DNA of 64,000 nt from a virus. Lineage: Duplodnaviria; Heunggongvirae; Uroviricota; Caudoviricetes. The position numbers and the translations under genes were made by a program. The stretch lies in IMG/VR virus record IMGVR_UViG_3300028887_000066, positions 32,001 to 96,000 of that record; one strand, written 5' to 3'. Position 1 is the stretch's first letter. Each line of letters starts with the position of its first letter. The notes beneath the pieces are model-generated. The model was not told where the DNA came from. It made no database searches and saw only the letters and a program-made list of their open reading frames with translations. Positions 47,581-57,473 of this stretch are shown one piece after another.

Positions 47581-48675
47581 ATGGAAACTAAGGATAAAAA
47601 GACCATAATGAACAATCTTTCTACCGAGATCAAAAAATTGGAAGACGGAAAGTTCAATTTTATGTTTTTCGTAATTGATACAAAAGGTACTCCTAACGGG
47701 CAGTTAGCCTATATATATGAAACGGCACTAACATTAAAAGAAATGGGGTACAGCGTAAAAATGCTGCATGGCGAATCTGAATTTGTCGGCGTTTCGTCTT
47801 GGCTTGGTGAAAAATATGGAGAATTGCCTCACTTTAACATTGAAAGTGATGGTGTTGCAATATCCCCATCCGATTTCTTGTTTATTCCTGAGATATATGC
47901 AAATGTGATGCACAAGACGTTTGAAAAGAAACTTCCTTGTAAACGTATCGTATTGCTTACCAATTTCAACTATCTCACAGAGATAATTCAACCTGGAGCA
48001 ACATGGAGAGACTATGGCATCAATGACTGTGTGACAACAACCAACGTGCTTTCAGACAGGGTTAAGGAATTATTCCCGTCACTTAATGTCGATATTGTAA
48101 AGCCTTGCATTACAGACGAGTTTAAGAACACGATAGATTCCAAGAAACTTATTATAAACGTTGTTGCGGAAAACAAAAGCGACGTGAATAAGGTTGTAAA
48201 GGAATTTTTCTTGAAATACCCTATGTATAAATGGGTGGGATTCAGGGATGTAAGAGGGATTTCACACGAGGAGTTCGCAAATGCACTTAACGAAGCATTC
48301 GCTACTGTTTGGGTAGATGAAAAGACGGATTTCGGCTTTTCTCCTATAGAAGCGATGGCTTGCGGTAACATAGTTATCGGCAAAATACCTGAAAACGCCC
48401 CTGAATGGGTAATGGACGGCGATAAAATAAACGATAATGCCGTTTGGTTCTATAATCTTAGGGATGTACATGAAATCATTGCAAATGTAGTGCAGGCTTT
48501 CTTGCACGATGCAATTCCTAATGAGTTATATGAGAATGCGAAAAAGACCGTAGCGGAATACAGCACTGAGAACTTCAAGAATAACGTCAAGAATGTTTAC
48601 ATTGAAAAATTTGTAAATGAGCGTCTGAAAGATTTTAAGGAAGCCTTGGCATTGCTAAAGAAAGAGGAGGAGTAA
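47581..48675 (+). CDS. GT-B glycosyltransferase
   Basis: DFLFIPE and DFGFSPIEAMACGNIVIG (E-x7-E-like donor-binding motif). Confidence 0.85.
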   Translation: METKDKKTIMNNLSTEIKKLEDGKFNFMFFVIDTKGTPNGQLAYIYETALTLKEMGYSVKMLHGESEFVGVSSWLGEKYGELPHFNIESDGVAISPSDFLFIPEIYANVMHKTFEKKLPCKRIVLLTNFNYLTEIIQPGATWRDYGINDCVTTTNVLSDRVKELFPSLNVDIVKPCITDEFKNTIDSKKLIINVVAENKSDVNKVVKEFFLKYPMYKWVGFRDVRGISHEEFANALNEAFATVWVDEKTDFGFSPIEAMACGNIVIGKIPENAPEWVMDGDKINDNAVWFYNLRDVHEIIANVVQAFLHDAIPNELYENAKKTVAEYSTENFKNNVKNVYIEKFVNERLKDFKEALALLKKEEE

Positions 48676-48679
48676 TAAT

Positions 48680-49492
48680 ATGGAAAAACTTACTATCATA
48701 ATACCATTACACGAGTATAACGATTCAGTTGCACAGTATCTTACGAAAGCTTTGGATAGTGTGAAAAACCTTAGAGGCAACGAAATGCCCGTATTGTCAT
48801 TCATAGGGCCGAAAAGTGTAATTTCTGAAGCCAAAAAGTTATTGAAAAGTGTAAAATTGCCACAGACGGTGAATTATTATGAAAATGATAATACTGATTT
48901 CTTCGTACAGGTAAATACGGCAGTCAAATATTGCCTCACAGAATATTTCTCGGTTCTTGAATTCGATGATACATATTATGAGTATTGGCTTGAAAATTTC
49001 TGGAAATACGCAAATGCAGGCAATGAGGCAAGTATATACCTACCAATTGTTGAATTATATGATACTGAAGACAATTTCGGTGGGTTTGTAAATGAGATTG
49101 CGTGGGCTACTTCCTTCTCGGCAGATGAGATAGGATACCTCGATCTCGAATGTCTTAAAAGTTTCATGGATTTCAACGTAACAGGTGCAATTATCAACAC
49201 GGAGGACTTCCTTGCAGTTGGCGGTTTGAAACCTTCATTGAGAATTGCCGCTTGGTATGAGTTCCTTATGAGAATCGCAAATAACAAGAAAGATATTTTT
49301 GTCGTTCCGAAGGCTGGATATAGGCACATCGTAGGGCGTGATGGCAGTTATATGAAACTGTCAGGCTCTGAGATAGGCGTGAATGAGGGCCAATGGCTAA
49401 TTAAGAAAGCCCAAGAGGAATATGAATATAACGAGGAAAGGGAAATAAAATACAACCCTGACGAAAAGATAGAGGAAACTCAAACAGAGTAA
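48680..49492 (+). CDS. GT2 (GT-A) glycosyltransferase
   Basis: LTIIIPLH..LTKALDSV, EYFSVLEFDD and WYEFLMR motifs. Confidence 0.8.
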   Translation: MEKLTIIIPLHEYNDSVAQYLTKALDSVKNLRGNEMPVLSFIGPKSVISEAKKLLKSVKLPQTVNYYENDNTDFFVQVNTAVKYCLTEYFSVLEFDDTYYEYWLENFWKYANAGNEASIYLPIVELYDTEDNFGGFVNEIAWATSFSADEIGYLDLECLKSFMDFNVTGAIINTEDFLAVGGLKPSLRIAAWYEFLMRIANNKKDIFVVPKAGYRHIVGRDGSYMKLSGSEIGVNEGQWLIKKAQEEYEYNEEREIKYNPDEKIEETQTE

Positions 49493-49495
49493 CAT

Positions 49496-49522
49496 ATGGG
49501 GTTATTTAATAGATAACCCCAT
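49496..49522 (+). terminator. hairpin after the GT operon
   Basis: ATGGGGTTAT/ATAACCCCAT 10-bp stem. Confidence 0.65.
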
Positions 49523-49662
49523 AATAATTATAAACGATTTTTGAATCTAACTAAAGGTAAGATGCCTGTAATTGGCATAGATAATAATGTAAGCGCATTG
49601 TCATTTTGCGGAAAAAGTTAATTCAAATGTTAAAATGAGCATTGTATTAACTATTTTACATA

Positions 49663-50388
49663 ATGGCTAAAAGAGGAAGAAAACCAGATCCTAATAAGAA
49701 AAAAGACTATTTCAGTACAGAAGAGGAACAAGCGGTAATAGATTACCTTAATGCTGAAACCGCACAGCAAAAAAATGAAATATATAATAAAACACTAAGA
49801 CCCGCATTCGATAAGTTAGTATCATCCATTATAAGGCGATACAGGCTTTATATTCCTGATGAGCCTGAAAATGAGACGTTTCAGGATGCATTGTCATTTA
49901 TTCTTACAAAAGCCGACAAATTCAAGGCAGGAGGAAAGTTCAAAGCATATTCATACTATGGCACGATATGCAAAAACTACCTTATAGGGAGAATAGATAC
50001 GTACAATAAACGGATAAGACGATTAGAGTCATATGATAGTAATGCACGTGAATTCGCCGACAGTCTCAGGTATTCAAACTATACAGAGAAAAACGAAAAA
50101 ATTGCTGCTGACAGCGTGAAAATGCTTATAGATAAAATAGGCACAATGATAGACAATCCCAAGGAATACGGGCTGAAGGATACTGAGGTGACGCTTGGAA
50201 AGGCACTGAAAACCCTTCTTGAAAACTGGGATTTCGTATTAACGACTGACGGAAGCAACAAACTGAATAAAAACGCCATTTTATTGTTTCTGAAAGAGAC
50301 TACTGGATTTGACACGAAAGGCATACGTGACAACATGAAAAAATACAAAAACGAGTTCTATACAATAAAGGAGTTTTTGCTTACTTGA
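49663..50388 (+). CDS. phage sigma factor, T4 gp55-like (late transcription)
   Basis: Region-2-like KADKF..KAYSYYGTICKNYL and N-terminal YFS.EEEQAVIDY. Confidence 0.7.
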   Translation: MAKRGRKPDPNKKKDYFSTEEEQAVIDYLNAETAQQKNEIYNKTLRPAFDKLVSSIIRRYRLYIPDEPENETFQDALSFILTKADKFKAGGKFKAYSYYGTICKNYLIGRIDTYNKRIRRLESYDSNAREFADSLRYSNYTEKNEKIAADSVKMLIDKIGTMIDNPKEYGLKDTEVTLGKALKTLLENWDFVLTTDGSNKLNKNAILLFLKETTGFDTKGIRDNMKKYKNEFYTIKEFLLT

Positions 50389-50414
50389 TATTTATAGAAA
50401 ATAGTGCTTTATAT

Positions 50415-50822
50415 ATGGAAACCAAGAAAAAATATACCGTAAAGCTTAACAATATTGATAAAATAGAGCAATTACTTCAGGAAACATATAATCTTGCCTG
50501 CCAACAATATACACAGATACAAACCGAGATCAACAAGATTGCAAATACAACTAAGTTGAACGAGCTTGATATTGATGGCAAAGAAAAATACGGCAAGATA
50601 ATGAATAACTATATTGCCCTTCAGCAAAAAGCTATTACACAAAAATTCGACATTGCAAAATTGATGAGCGAAATAGTGAAACATAACGGCGACATCAAGG
50701 GGGCATTGGATGCCACCAAGAACGTGCCTACTACGCTTGACATCTCCGCACTCAGAGAATTGGCAAAGAAAGCCTCCACTCAGGGGGAAAGTGAAACACA
50801 AGAATATATAACCAAGAAGTAA
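50415..50822 (+). CDS. hypothetical coiled-coil protein
   Basis: ATG at 50415, after TATTTATA at 50389-50396. Confidence 0.7.
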   Translation: METKKKYTVKLNNIDKIEQLLQETYNLACQQYTQIQTEINKIANTTKLNELDIDGKEKYGKIMNNYIALQQKAITQKFDIAKLMSEIVKHNGDIKGALDATKNVPTTLDISALRELAKKASTQGESETQEYITKK

Positions 50823-52633
50823 TGTCAAATATCAATTCACAAAAGGCTAAAGTATTAGGAAGCATCGGTGCAATACAGACGCTTCTCGAAAAGTTTTCGA
50901 TGCTCATCAATATAGATTCGCAAATTCCAGGTGAGACATCGTTTACTTTCATGCTTAATGTCTTGGATATTCTTGGCGTTAAGCAAAAGGATATAGTGGA
51001 TTGGCTTGCCAAACTTTTATCAGGCAAAGGCACTGATGGTTTTTTATATGCCGTAGAAATAGCGACAAAAGGAATACTTCTCGCAAACATCAGGAACCTA
51101 CTCACATGCTCAATGAATCCGATGCTTCCTGACAAACTTATGTACAAATACAAGAATGTCGAGGGAATGACAGTAGGTGGCGAAGGGATAGAGCTTGACC
51201 TTAATAACATTGACCTGTATGGGGTTCTTGGGAATTGCCCGACATCTGAAGACGGAAGCATTTTCTATTTTGACGCAAAGGAGTCAATATACAGTACAGA
51301 TGAACATCCTGTAGAGGGTTATTCAACGAATAACCTTTGGAAATCATGTGATTTCAACACATATTTATGGTATGTCATACACAAAGGTACTAATGTGGGT
51401 TCTGAGGCGAGAAAACTGTATTGGGACAACAGGGTAAAGTACATAGAGGCATTTAAGGGGGAAAACGGTGACACTCTTCGGAATGACTTTTTTACGTCGG
51501 CCGCGATAAACGGCAACATACGTTCAGGCAGTACCACTCTTAAAAAGAAACAGATACTCATATGTGAGTACATAGAACGCAGCGAAGACAAGACAGCCCC
51601 GAATGTACTTAGGGTATGGCTTAACGATGAGAGATATTATCACACCAGAAAAGTAAAGCTTAATTCACTTAAAATTGGTGGAGTATCTGTTACGCCAAAG
51701 ATGAAGATGGAGTTGAACAAAACGGTATTCGAGTTCAACTATGACTATATAATGAGCCTTAAACTGTTTGAGACAAAAACTCTTGTGGCGAATATTGTAA
51801 ACGCCATATTAGGCATTTCATGCAGTATAAGCGGGACATATTCTATCATCGAAAGTGTCGTTGCGGCTAAGATAGGTACTATAGTTAAAAACATCATCAG
51901 GACGGACGATACCGAGGTTGCTGATTGCTATTTTACATTTGACAATGATGAGTATGACGAAATGCTTCAGGAGTCAATAAAGAAGCATAACGGCGTATAC
52001 GCATATAGTAATGAAAATGTTGAATTTGATTACTCAAACATACTTGATGCAATCAACAATATAGACAAGTCGGCAACGCTACAAGAACAGATCAACAACA
52101 TCAGTAATGTATTTACTGAGATAATGGCTACTCCCGCACAGAATGGGTCAATTGAAAGCAAAGATAATTGGACTTGGGGTTTTGATATTATCAACAAACT
52201 TTTGGAAGAGACTGTAACACAAATAGTTATGCAAGTTCTCTCACCAAAGGTTGCGATTTTATTCCAAATAAATCAAATTATAATGGGTGATATTGACCCT
52301 GAGAGTGATGTATGGGATTGTGGATGGGAGAATTTCATTAAGAACTTCCAAAACGTTATAGTACAAACAATAAAAGAGATCAAGGAACTTATATTGCAAC
52401 AGCTTCTTGCTTGGGTTCTCGAACAGTTGAAGCCATTACTTGAACTCTTTATTTCAAAACTACTTCTTGAAACAATAAATAACTACAGAATTTTGCTGAA
52501 GCAATTGATTAATTTCTGCGGACTTGGATGGAGTAGCGGCGGTGGAAACAAGTCAGTCATCGCAATTGATAATGTCAACTATGCCGATATAGTTCCATCA
52601 AAGACAGAACCTAATAACGATAAATGTGGATAA
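50822..52633 (+). CDS. hypothetical (probable virion/baseplate) protein
   Basis: 603-aa helical protein in an operon with the gp5-like spike. Confidence 0.65.
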   Translation: MSNINSQKAKVLGSIGAIQTLLEKFSMLINIDSQIPGETSFTFMLNVLDILGVKQKDIVDWLAKLLSGKGTDGFLYAVEIATKGILLANIRNLLTCSMNPMLPDKLMYKYKNVEGMTVGGEGIELDLNNIDLYGVLGNCPTSEDGSIFYFDAKESIYSTDEHPVEGYSTNNLWKSCDFNTYLWYVIHKGTNVGSEARKLYWDNRVKYIEAFKGENGDTLRNDFFTSAAINGNIRSGSTTLKKKQILICEYIERSEDKTAPNVLRVWLNDERYYHTRKVKLNSLKIGGVSVTPKMKMELNKTVFEFNYDYIMSLKLFETKTLVANIVNAILGISCSISGTYSIIESVVAAKIGTIVKNIIRTDDTEVADCYFTFDNDEYDEMLQESIKKHNGVYAYSNENVEFDYSNILDAINNIDKSATLQEQINNISNVFTEIMATPAQNGSIESKDNWTWGFDIINKLLEETVTQIVMQVLSPKVAILFQINQIIMGDIDPESDVWDCGWENFIKNFQNVIVQTIKEIKELILQQLLAWVLEQLKPLLELFISKLLLETINNYRILLKQLINFCGLGWSSGGGNKSVIAIDNVNYADIVPSKTEPNNDKCG

Positions 52634-52636
52634 GAA

Positions 52637-53029
52637 ATGAGTATAGAGGCAATTTGTGATACACTTAACAGTGCAATAGACAAAGCGCGTGCGCCATTGG
52701 CTACAATTCCCGCAATATTGCTTATATGTAGTGCTATAAGGCGGCCAGGCTTGTCTGCAATGCTTATTGCAAGCAAGATTATAAGACGCGCTGGAGAAAA
52801 GGGCATACCGACAGGCACGGCGGCAGACGGAAGTGCAAATCTTGGGCTTATAATGGAGACTATACGTGTCGAGGAAATGGTAAGTGCAATAAAGTTGGAC
52901 TCAAGAGTTCAAGCATCATTCCCGATAGGTGGACTTCAGGTCATGGCTGTAGGTTCTAATGCTGGAGGATCTCTTGTCGCCCAAGGTTTCAATGTCAATA
53001 TGCCACATGTTGATGGCATTGTAGGATAA
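52637..53029 (+). CDS. hypothetical protein
   Basis: 130 aa, immediately upstream of the spike gene. Confidence 0.65.
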   Translation: MSIEAICDTLNSAIDKARAPLATIPAILLICSAIRRPGLSAMLIASKIIRRAGEKGIPTGTAADGSANLGLIMETIRVEEMVSAIKLDSRVQASFPIGGLQVMAVGSNAGGSLVAQGFNVNMPHVDGIVG

Positions 53030-53042
53030 AATGACTTAACAG

Positions 53043-53960
53043 ATGGGATTTTGTATAGGAAGAGTCGAGTCGAATACAAATGATGAGCTTGACGGAAAAA
53101 GGATAAAGGTTAGGATAGAGGCGGACAGCAGGACTACGGATATTCCTGATGCGTTTCCGCTTCTGCCTAAAATCATGCACATCGTCCCCAAAGTCGGGGA
53201 AGCCGTTATCGTTGTCTATCCGAATGATAAGCCAAACGAACAGCGTTTCTATCTTGGGCCGATTACCTCGCAATATCAGCATATGTTCAAGGACTATTTT
53301 GATTTCGGGGCATTGAAGCTTATTGGGGGTAAAGGTGATGCTGATACGGCAATTACTAATATACCAAAAACACACGGGGCTTTTGCAACCAACGAAGATA
53401 TTGCTATTTACGGACGTAAGAATAGTGATATTATATTGGGCGATAGCGATTTACGAATAAGATGCGGATGCCATTTAGTGAATAAAGTTGATACAACTGA
53501 CATTGCGTTTAATAAAAGTAATCCGTCATTTATTAAACTAAAATATCATGAAAATCCAGTACAAGTAACAAAACCTAAATGGATGAATGACAGGTTTGAA
53601 AAAGTACCTTCAGGAAACCTTGAAAGTAGTGCTTGTATTGTGGCGCAAGAGATTAATCTTATAAGTACGGATAGCGGGAATCCATACATCAATACGTCGA
53701 ATACCGACATAAAGAACCGTCTAAGTAAAAATAATGGTAATGAGGGAATATCCGATGAGGATTTGGCAAAGTTCATTGAAGAAGCACATCCGCTTCCATA
53801 CGGCGATACTTTGATCAAGTTCCTTCATATATTCATAAAGGCATTTGAAAATCATACACACAGATACCATCAGATGATACCCGTACAGGATGAAACAATG
53901 AAAACCCTGAAATCATATCCACTAAATGATATACTTAGTAAAAATGTCAGAATTAATTAA
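53043..53960 (+). CDS. baseplate central spike, gp5/gpV-like
   Basis: OB-fold GRVESN.D..RIKVRI..PKVGEAVIV..RFYLG; C-terminal HTHRYH metal-binding apex. Confidence 0.8.
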   Translation: MGFCIGRVESNTNDELDGKRIKVRIEADSRTTDIPDAFPLLPKIMHIVPKVGEAVIVVYPNDKPNEQRFYLGPITSQYQHMFKDYFDFGALKLIGGKGDADTAITNIPKTHGAFATNEDIAIYGRKNSDIILGDSDLRIRCGCHLVNKVDTTDIAFNKSNPSFIKLKYHENPVQVTKPKWMNDRFEKVPSGNLESSACIVAQEINLISTDSGNPYINTSNTDIKNRLSKNNGNEGISDEDLAKFIEEAHPLPYGDTLIKFLHIFIKAFENHTHRYHQMIPVQDETMKTLKSYPLNDILSKNVRIN

Positions 53961-53968
53961 TAGACAAA

Positions 53969-53994
53969 TATAGCGGATTAGAAATAATCCGCTA
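53969..53994. terminator. bidirectional terminator
   Basis: ATAGCGGATTA/TAATCCGCTAT. Confidence 0.8.
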
Positions 53995-54001
53995 TCTCTT
54001 T

Positions 54002-55414
54002 TTATATACGTTTCCTGTCAAATTTGCTTACTATCTCGAATCTCAATTCATCTTTGAATACCTGCATTTCCCTTCCATTATTGACCTTAATGTCAATCCT
54101 GTATTTTTGAGGTATTAATCCGCCTGTATCTATGATAAAATAATTATAGTCATTACATATGTTGACATTATCCCATTCAATTACAGGAATCTCCTTGTCA
54201 CCGTCCATCGTATAGAGCCTATAATACACATTTCCCTTTACTTCGTCCCTGTGATGTGTATATGGCTTTCTAAAATCAACGGAAATCTCTCTAATTTCGT
54301 CTCTGTTGAGTTTTTCATCGTTCCTGATACCATTAACCACTACGCTTGTTTTAAGCGTCTGTAGAGGCTTTTTTCCTACCTTTGCGAACATTTCCATAGG
54401 TAGGGTCACAAACTCCATTTCAACGTCGTCTAAATTGTCACCGTCAAGTTTTATATTAGACCACACATCTTCCAATATCATCTCGGCATCATAGTCTTTT
54501 TTTGCTAACTTAACTTTTGCATAATAGACCCCTTTCGTCTGATGTACGACCTCATATTCATTTCCATCAATGGTACATTTGGGCAATTCGTCCAAATCAC
54601 GCATACTTCCACCTATATTTGCATACAGGTACAGCCTGTTTTCCTTACCAAGATAGAATGAGTGTCTGTTGTCGTTTATTGCATCATCTTTCCTTGTCTC
54701 GACAAACGGATGGTAAAATGTATTTGTTTCATCAGTAAAGAAGCCCGTATAGAATGTTTCCCTGAGTTCCTCCGTTTCAATCAATGGTGCAAATGCTATT
54801 CCTAACCCGTAGTTATGTTCATTTTCGTCAAGTATTTTGTTTACATATCCCGTAATGTCAATATCCAAGTTTTCATTACCATACTCGAAATGCTGTTCGC
54901 CTATTATTATACTATTTTCACCATTTTTGAATTTATCGTATTCCCTGAATAACTGTTCAGTAGTGTATATACCCTCATTCGACCATTGAACGCCTGTCTT
55001 CGAATAATACCAATTGCATGATTCGGTAGAAACAGCCGCGTCACCCCTGAGCCAAAAATCCTTTGAATCGTCAAAACCGCAGCCCCTGTCCCATGATTTA
55101 GGCAATTTGAACAATATGACATCAAAACCCGTTGCACGATGTTTTAATTCATTCTCATCGTTACTTTTAATGGGTTTATGGAAATTACGTTGATCAACGG
55201 AACCAGCATTATACATTTTAAGTGTATGCGTCAATCCTTCTGTTGAAAGGTAATAATTTGAAATATCAGTTTTTATCTTATCTGTATCGAAATAAAGCAA
55301 AAACCTTGATGTAATCAGACCATGATTAAGCATTGCTATCGGATAAAGCCCGTAGTTGTCATATGAATCTTTTACTATCGTATTGGTTTTTGTTATAAAT
55401 GTCCTTGTAACCAT
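54002..55414 (-). CDS. putative virion structural protein
   Basis: 470-aa beta-rich protein (SRFLLYFD..W.RG.GFD..IDITGYV); TATTTATA on the minus strand at 55437-55444. Confidence 0.6.
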   Translation of the reverse strand: MVTRTFITKTNTIVKDSYDNYGLYPIAMLNHGLITSRFLLYFDTDKIKTDISNYYLSTEGLTHTLKMYNAGSVDQRNFHKPIKSNDENELKHRATGFDVILFKLPKSWDRGCGFDDSKDFWLRGDAAVSTESCNWYYSKTGVQWSNEGIYTTEQLFREYDKFKNGENSIIIGEQHFEYGNENLDIDITGYVNKILDENEHNYGLGIAFAPLIETEELRETFYTGFFTDETNTFYHPFVETRKDDAINDNRHSFYLGKENRLYLYANIGGSMRDLDELPKCTIDGNEYEVVHQTKGVYYAKVKLAKKDYDAEMILEDVWSNIKLDGDNLDDVEMEFVTLPMEMFAKVGKKPLQTLKTSVVVNGIRNDEKLNRDEIREISVDFRKPYTHHRDEVKGNVYYRLYTMDGDKEIPVIEWDNVNICNDYNYFIIDTGGLIPQKYRIDIKVNNGREMQVFKDELRFEIVSKFDRKRI

Positions 55415-55529
55415 CTTGAAAAACAGTCTTATTTACTATAAATACTTTCTCGATGCACATTTTCAACCGCTATAAAATTTTTATATGCAAAACCTGTATT
55501 AAGTAAAATGAGCGTATATTTATCTTTAG

Positions 55530-55626
55530 AACAAGGCAAAATCACTGCAATTGCGGTGGTCAGAGCTTATATATTACCCAATAGGGAGGCGTATCATTAT
55601 AAAATGGCGGCCTCCTCTCATTTTTT
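55530..55626 (+). ncRNA. candidate small RNA
   Basis: TATTTATC at 55517-55524, hairpin ATCACTGC/GCGGTGGT, then terminator-like GGGAGGC/GCCTCCT and T6. Confidence 0.35.
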
Positions 55627-55678
55627 ATGTATATTTGTAACAAACTTGTATGTAACAAATAAAAATTTAAATAAGAAT

Positions 55679-56032
55679 ATGTTCAAGGTAGCAATAATAG
55701 GCGGATCAACGACAAACGACTATGGTTTCTTTGAAAAGAAATGCATCGAATGCCTTAGGAATAAAGCCAAAACCGACACTATAATGATATATAGCATCGG
55801 AGACGAATTTGTTGAAAGATTTGCAAACAGGTTCAATATTGATGTCAGTATTATTTCCCAACACTTCAAAAAATACAAAAATGACACTGACAAGATGAAA
55901 GATGATGAACTATTCGGTAAAATAGATGCCATCATCATATTCGATAATTTCAAATACGCTAAGTCTGTTTCACAAGTATCAAATGAGAAAAATATACCTA
56001 CGAGACTAATACGCAAAAATGGCAAACCGTAA
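55679..56032 (+). CDS. SLOG / YspA (DUF2493)-like protein, divergent
   Basis: MFKVAIIGGS..DY.FFE.K..DAIIIFD; TATATTTG at 55630-55637. Confidence 0.55.
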   Translation: MFKVAIIGGSTTNDYGFFEKKCIECLRNKAKTDTIMIYSIGDEFVERFANRFNIDVSIISQHFKKYKNDTDKMKDDELFGKIDAIIIFDNFKYAKSVSQVSNEKNIPTRLIRKNGKP

Positions 56033-56050
56033 AAGTCTGCCATTTTCATT

Positions 56051-56437
56051 TTATTTTATAAATATTGCCAAATCCTCGATAATAGGGACTATCAAATTAC
56101 CCGCATCATATGTAACTCCGCTTTCATAAAGGTCTGAATTGAACGTTATCTCAAATCTCCCCAAGAATTCACCCCTTTCCTTCACATCCCTTGGTTTCCA
56201 ATCATATTGAAGAATGTATCGGTCTTCACAACAGTTTCCATTGATCCTCTGTATAGTCGCAGGTTGTTTTGAAATCCTCAGCCTCTTGTCGGCATCCCAC
56301 ATTGTGAACGTCACGTCTGCATTCTGTACCGCATTATTGAATGTGTAGCTTTTTATATAATCATATGTCCCATCATCTATCAATTCCATCCTGAGTTTTG
56401 GAAGAAGTGACCCTTTGTTTATATAGAATGTTTGCAT
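56051..56437 (-). CDS. BppU-like baseplate / Ig-fold protein
   Basis: FYINKG.LLP.LRMEL..ADVTFTM..LQYDW..D..G.F.G.FEITF; TATTTATT on the minus strand at 56458-56465. Confidence 0.6.
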   Translation of the reverse strand: MQTFYINKGSLLPKLRMELIDDGTYDYIKSYTFNNAVQNADVTFTMWDADKRLRISKQPATIQRINGNCCEDRYILQYDWKPRDVKERGEFLGRFEITFNSDLYESGVTYDAGNLIVPIIEDLAIFIK

Positions 56438-56468
56438 TTCTTCTCAGTGTATTTTCTAATAAATACTT

Positions 56469-56918
56469 TCAAGATTTCTTTTTACTTATGGAAAAACCAT
56501 TATTATACATTGCCTTTCCCAAATCATCAGTGATTGACAAAATCATGGGTTCTGCTAACGGTTTCAAACTCTTTAATAAAATAGGGTTTTCATTTTTTTG
56601 TTTAAACAACACCTGAAAAGAAAGAAAACTGTGCTTACCGACTTTTATTCCACCAGTGGCGACATCGAAATCGATGATAAAATTCCTGTCAAATATATCA
56701 CTATTCATTAAACTTCTTGATATTGATGTCTTGAATGATTTTTTTGACGAATTTACGTTGTATGTATAATCATCCATTTCTTCAGACGGTGTTATAAACG
56801 CTTTCCCTTCTATATATACCGCTTTTGGGTTAAGTCTGTTTACTGTACCCATTTTCAGGTTAAAATACTGCGAATCTATCTTCTTCTCAGCATTTAGTCT
56901 TTTTTCTGCCATTTTCAC
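56469..56918 (-). CDS. hypothetical protein
   Basis: 149-aa ORF. Confidence 0.7.
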   Translation of the reverse strand: MKMAEKRLNAEKKIDSQYFNLKMGTVNRLNPKAVYIEGKAFITPSEEMDDYTYNVNSSKKSFKTSISRSLMNSDIFDRNFIIDFDVATGGIKVGKHSFLSFQVLFKQKNENPILLKSLKPLAEPMILSITDDLGKAMYNNGFSISKKKS

Positions 56919-56988
56919 ATTTACATTTTGTTAAAAATACAAAAAATGGCAAATACTCCATTGAATATCTGCCATTGTATTTTTAATC

Positions 56989-57459
56989 CTATGCAAGTAT
57001 GGAACTAAGCATTATACCAAGCATCCCCAAACACTCACCGAAATAATACGGGTATTTCTTACCTATCTTTGTACACAATACAAGAAGTCCGTAAATTGTC
57101 CCGCATATAAGCAATGGATATGGATTAGTCAATAAAGACCAAATACCGCCGCTTATTAGGGCTGTGTACGCTCCTATATTATGCGCCTTTTTTCCATGTA
57201 TGGACTTATAGTGTGGTTCTGCCCCGACGAGTGACAAACCGAAACACATCGCCAAACCCAATATGCCGATAGGTTCTGCAACTTCTAACATATGGGGAAG
57301 TTGGCTAAATGCGGCAAATACGATAACAAATGAAAACAACCATTTGTTGTAGCCTACATAGAAATCATCAGACACATATTCCTGTATTCCGTGTATAATG
57401 GCCATGACCACCACATAAATACTTATGGTGATCAAACCCACGATAGATAAATATATCAT
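56989..57459 (-). CDS. multi-pass membrane protein
   Basis: 156 aa with about five hydrophobic segments. Confidence 0.75.
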   Translation of the reverse strand: MIYLSIVGLITISIYVVVMAIIHGIQEYVSDDFYVGYNKWLFSFVIVFAAFSQLPHMLEVAEPIGILGLAMCFGLSLVGAEPHYKSIHGKKAHNIGAYTALISGGIWSLLTNPYPLLICGTIYGLLVLCTKIGKKYPYYFGECLGMLGIMLSSILA

Positions 57460-57473
57460 CTGATATTATTTTT

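Noticed and set aside
55533-55568. c-di-GMP-I riboswitch suggested by GGCAAA..stem
   Set aside because: Lacks the GNRA loop, the GACGCAAAGC segment and a proper second stem.
30877-55678. Longest-ORF starts at 32100, 32554, 37560, 50385 and 55508 (also 24277)
   Set aside because: These extensions overlap neighbouring genes or promoter motifs; downstream ATGs fit better.
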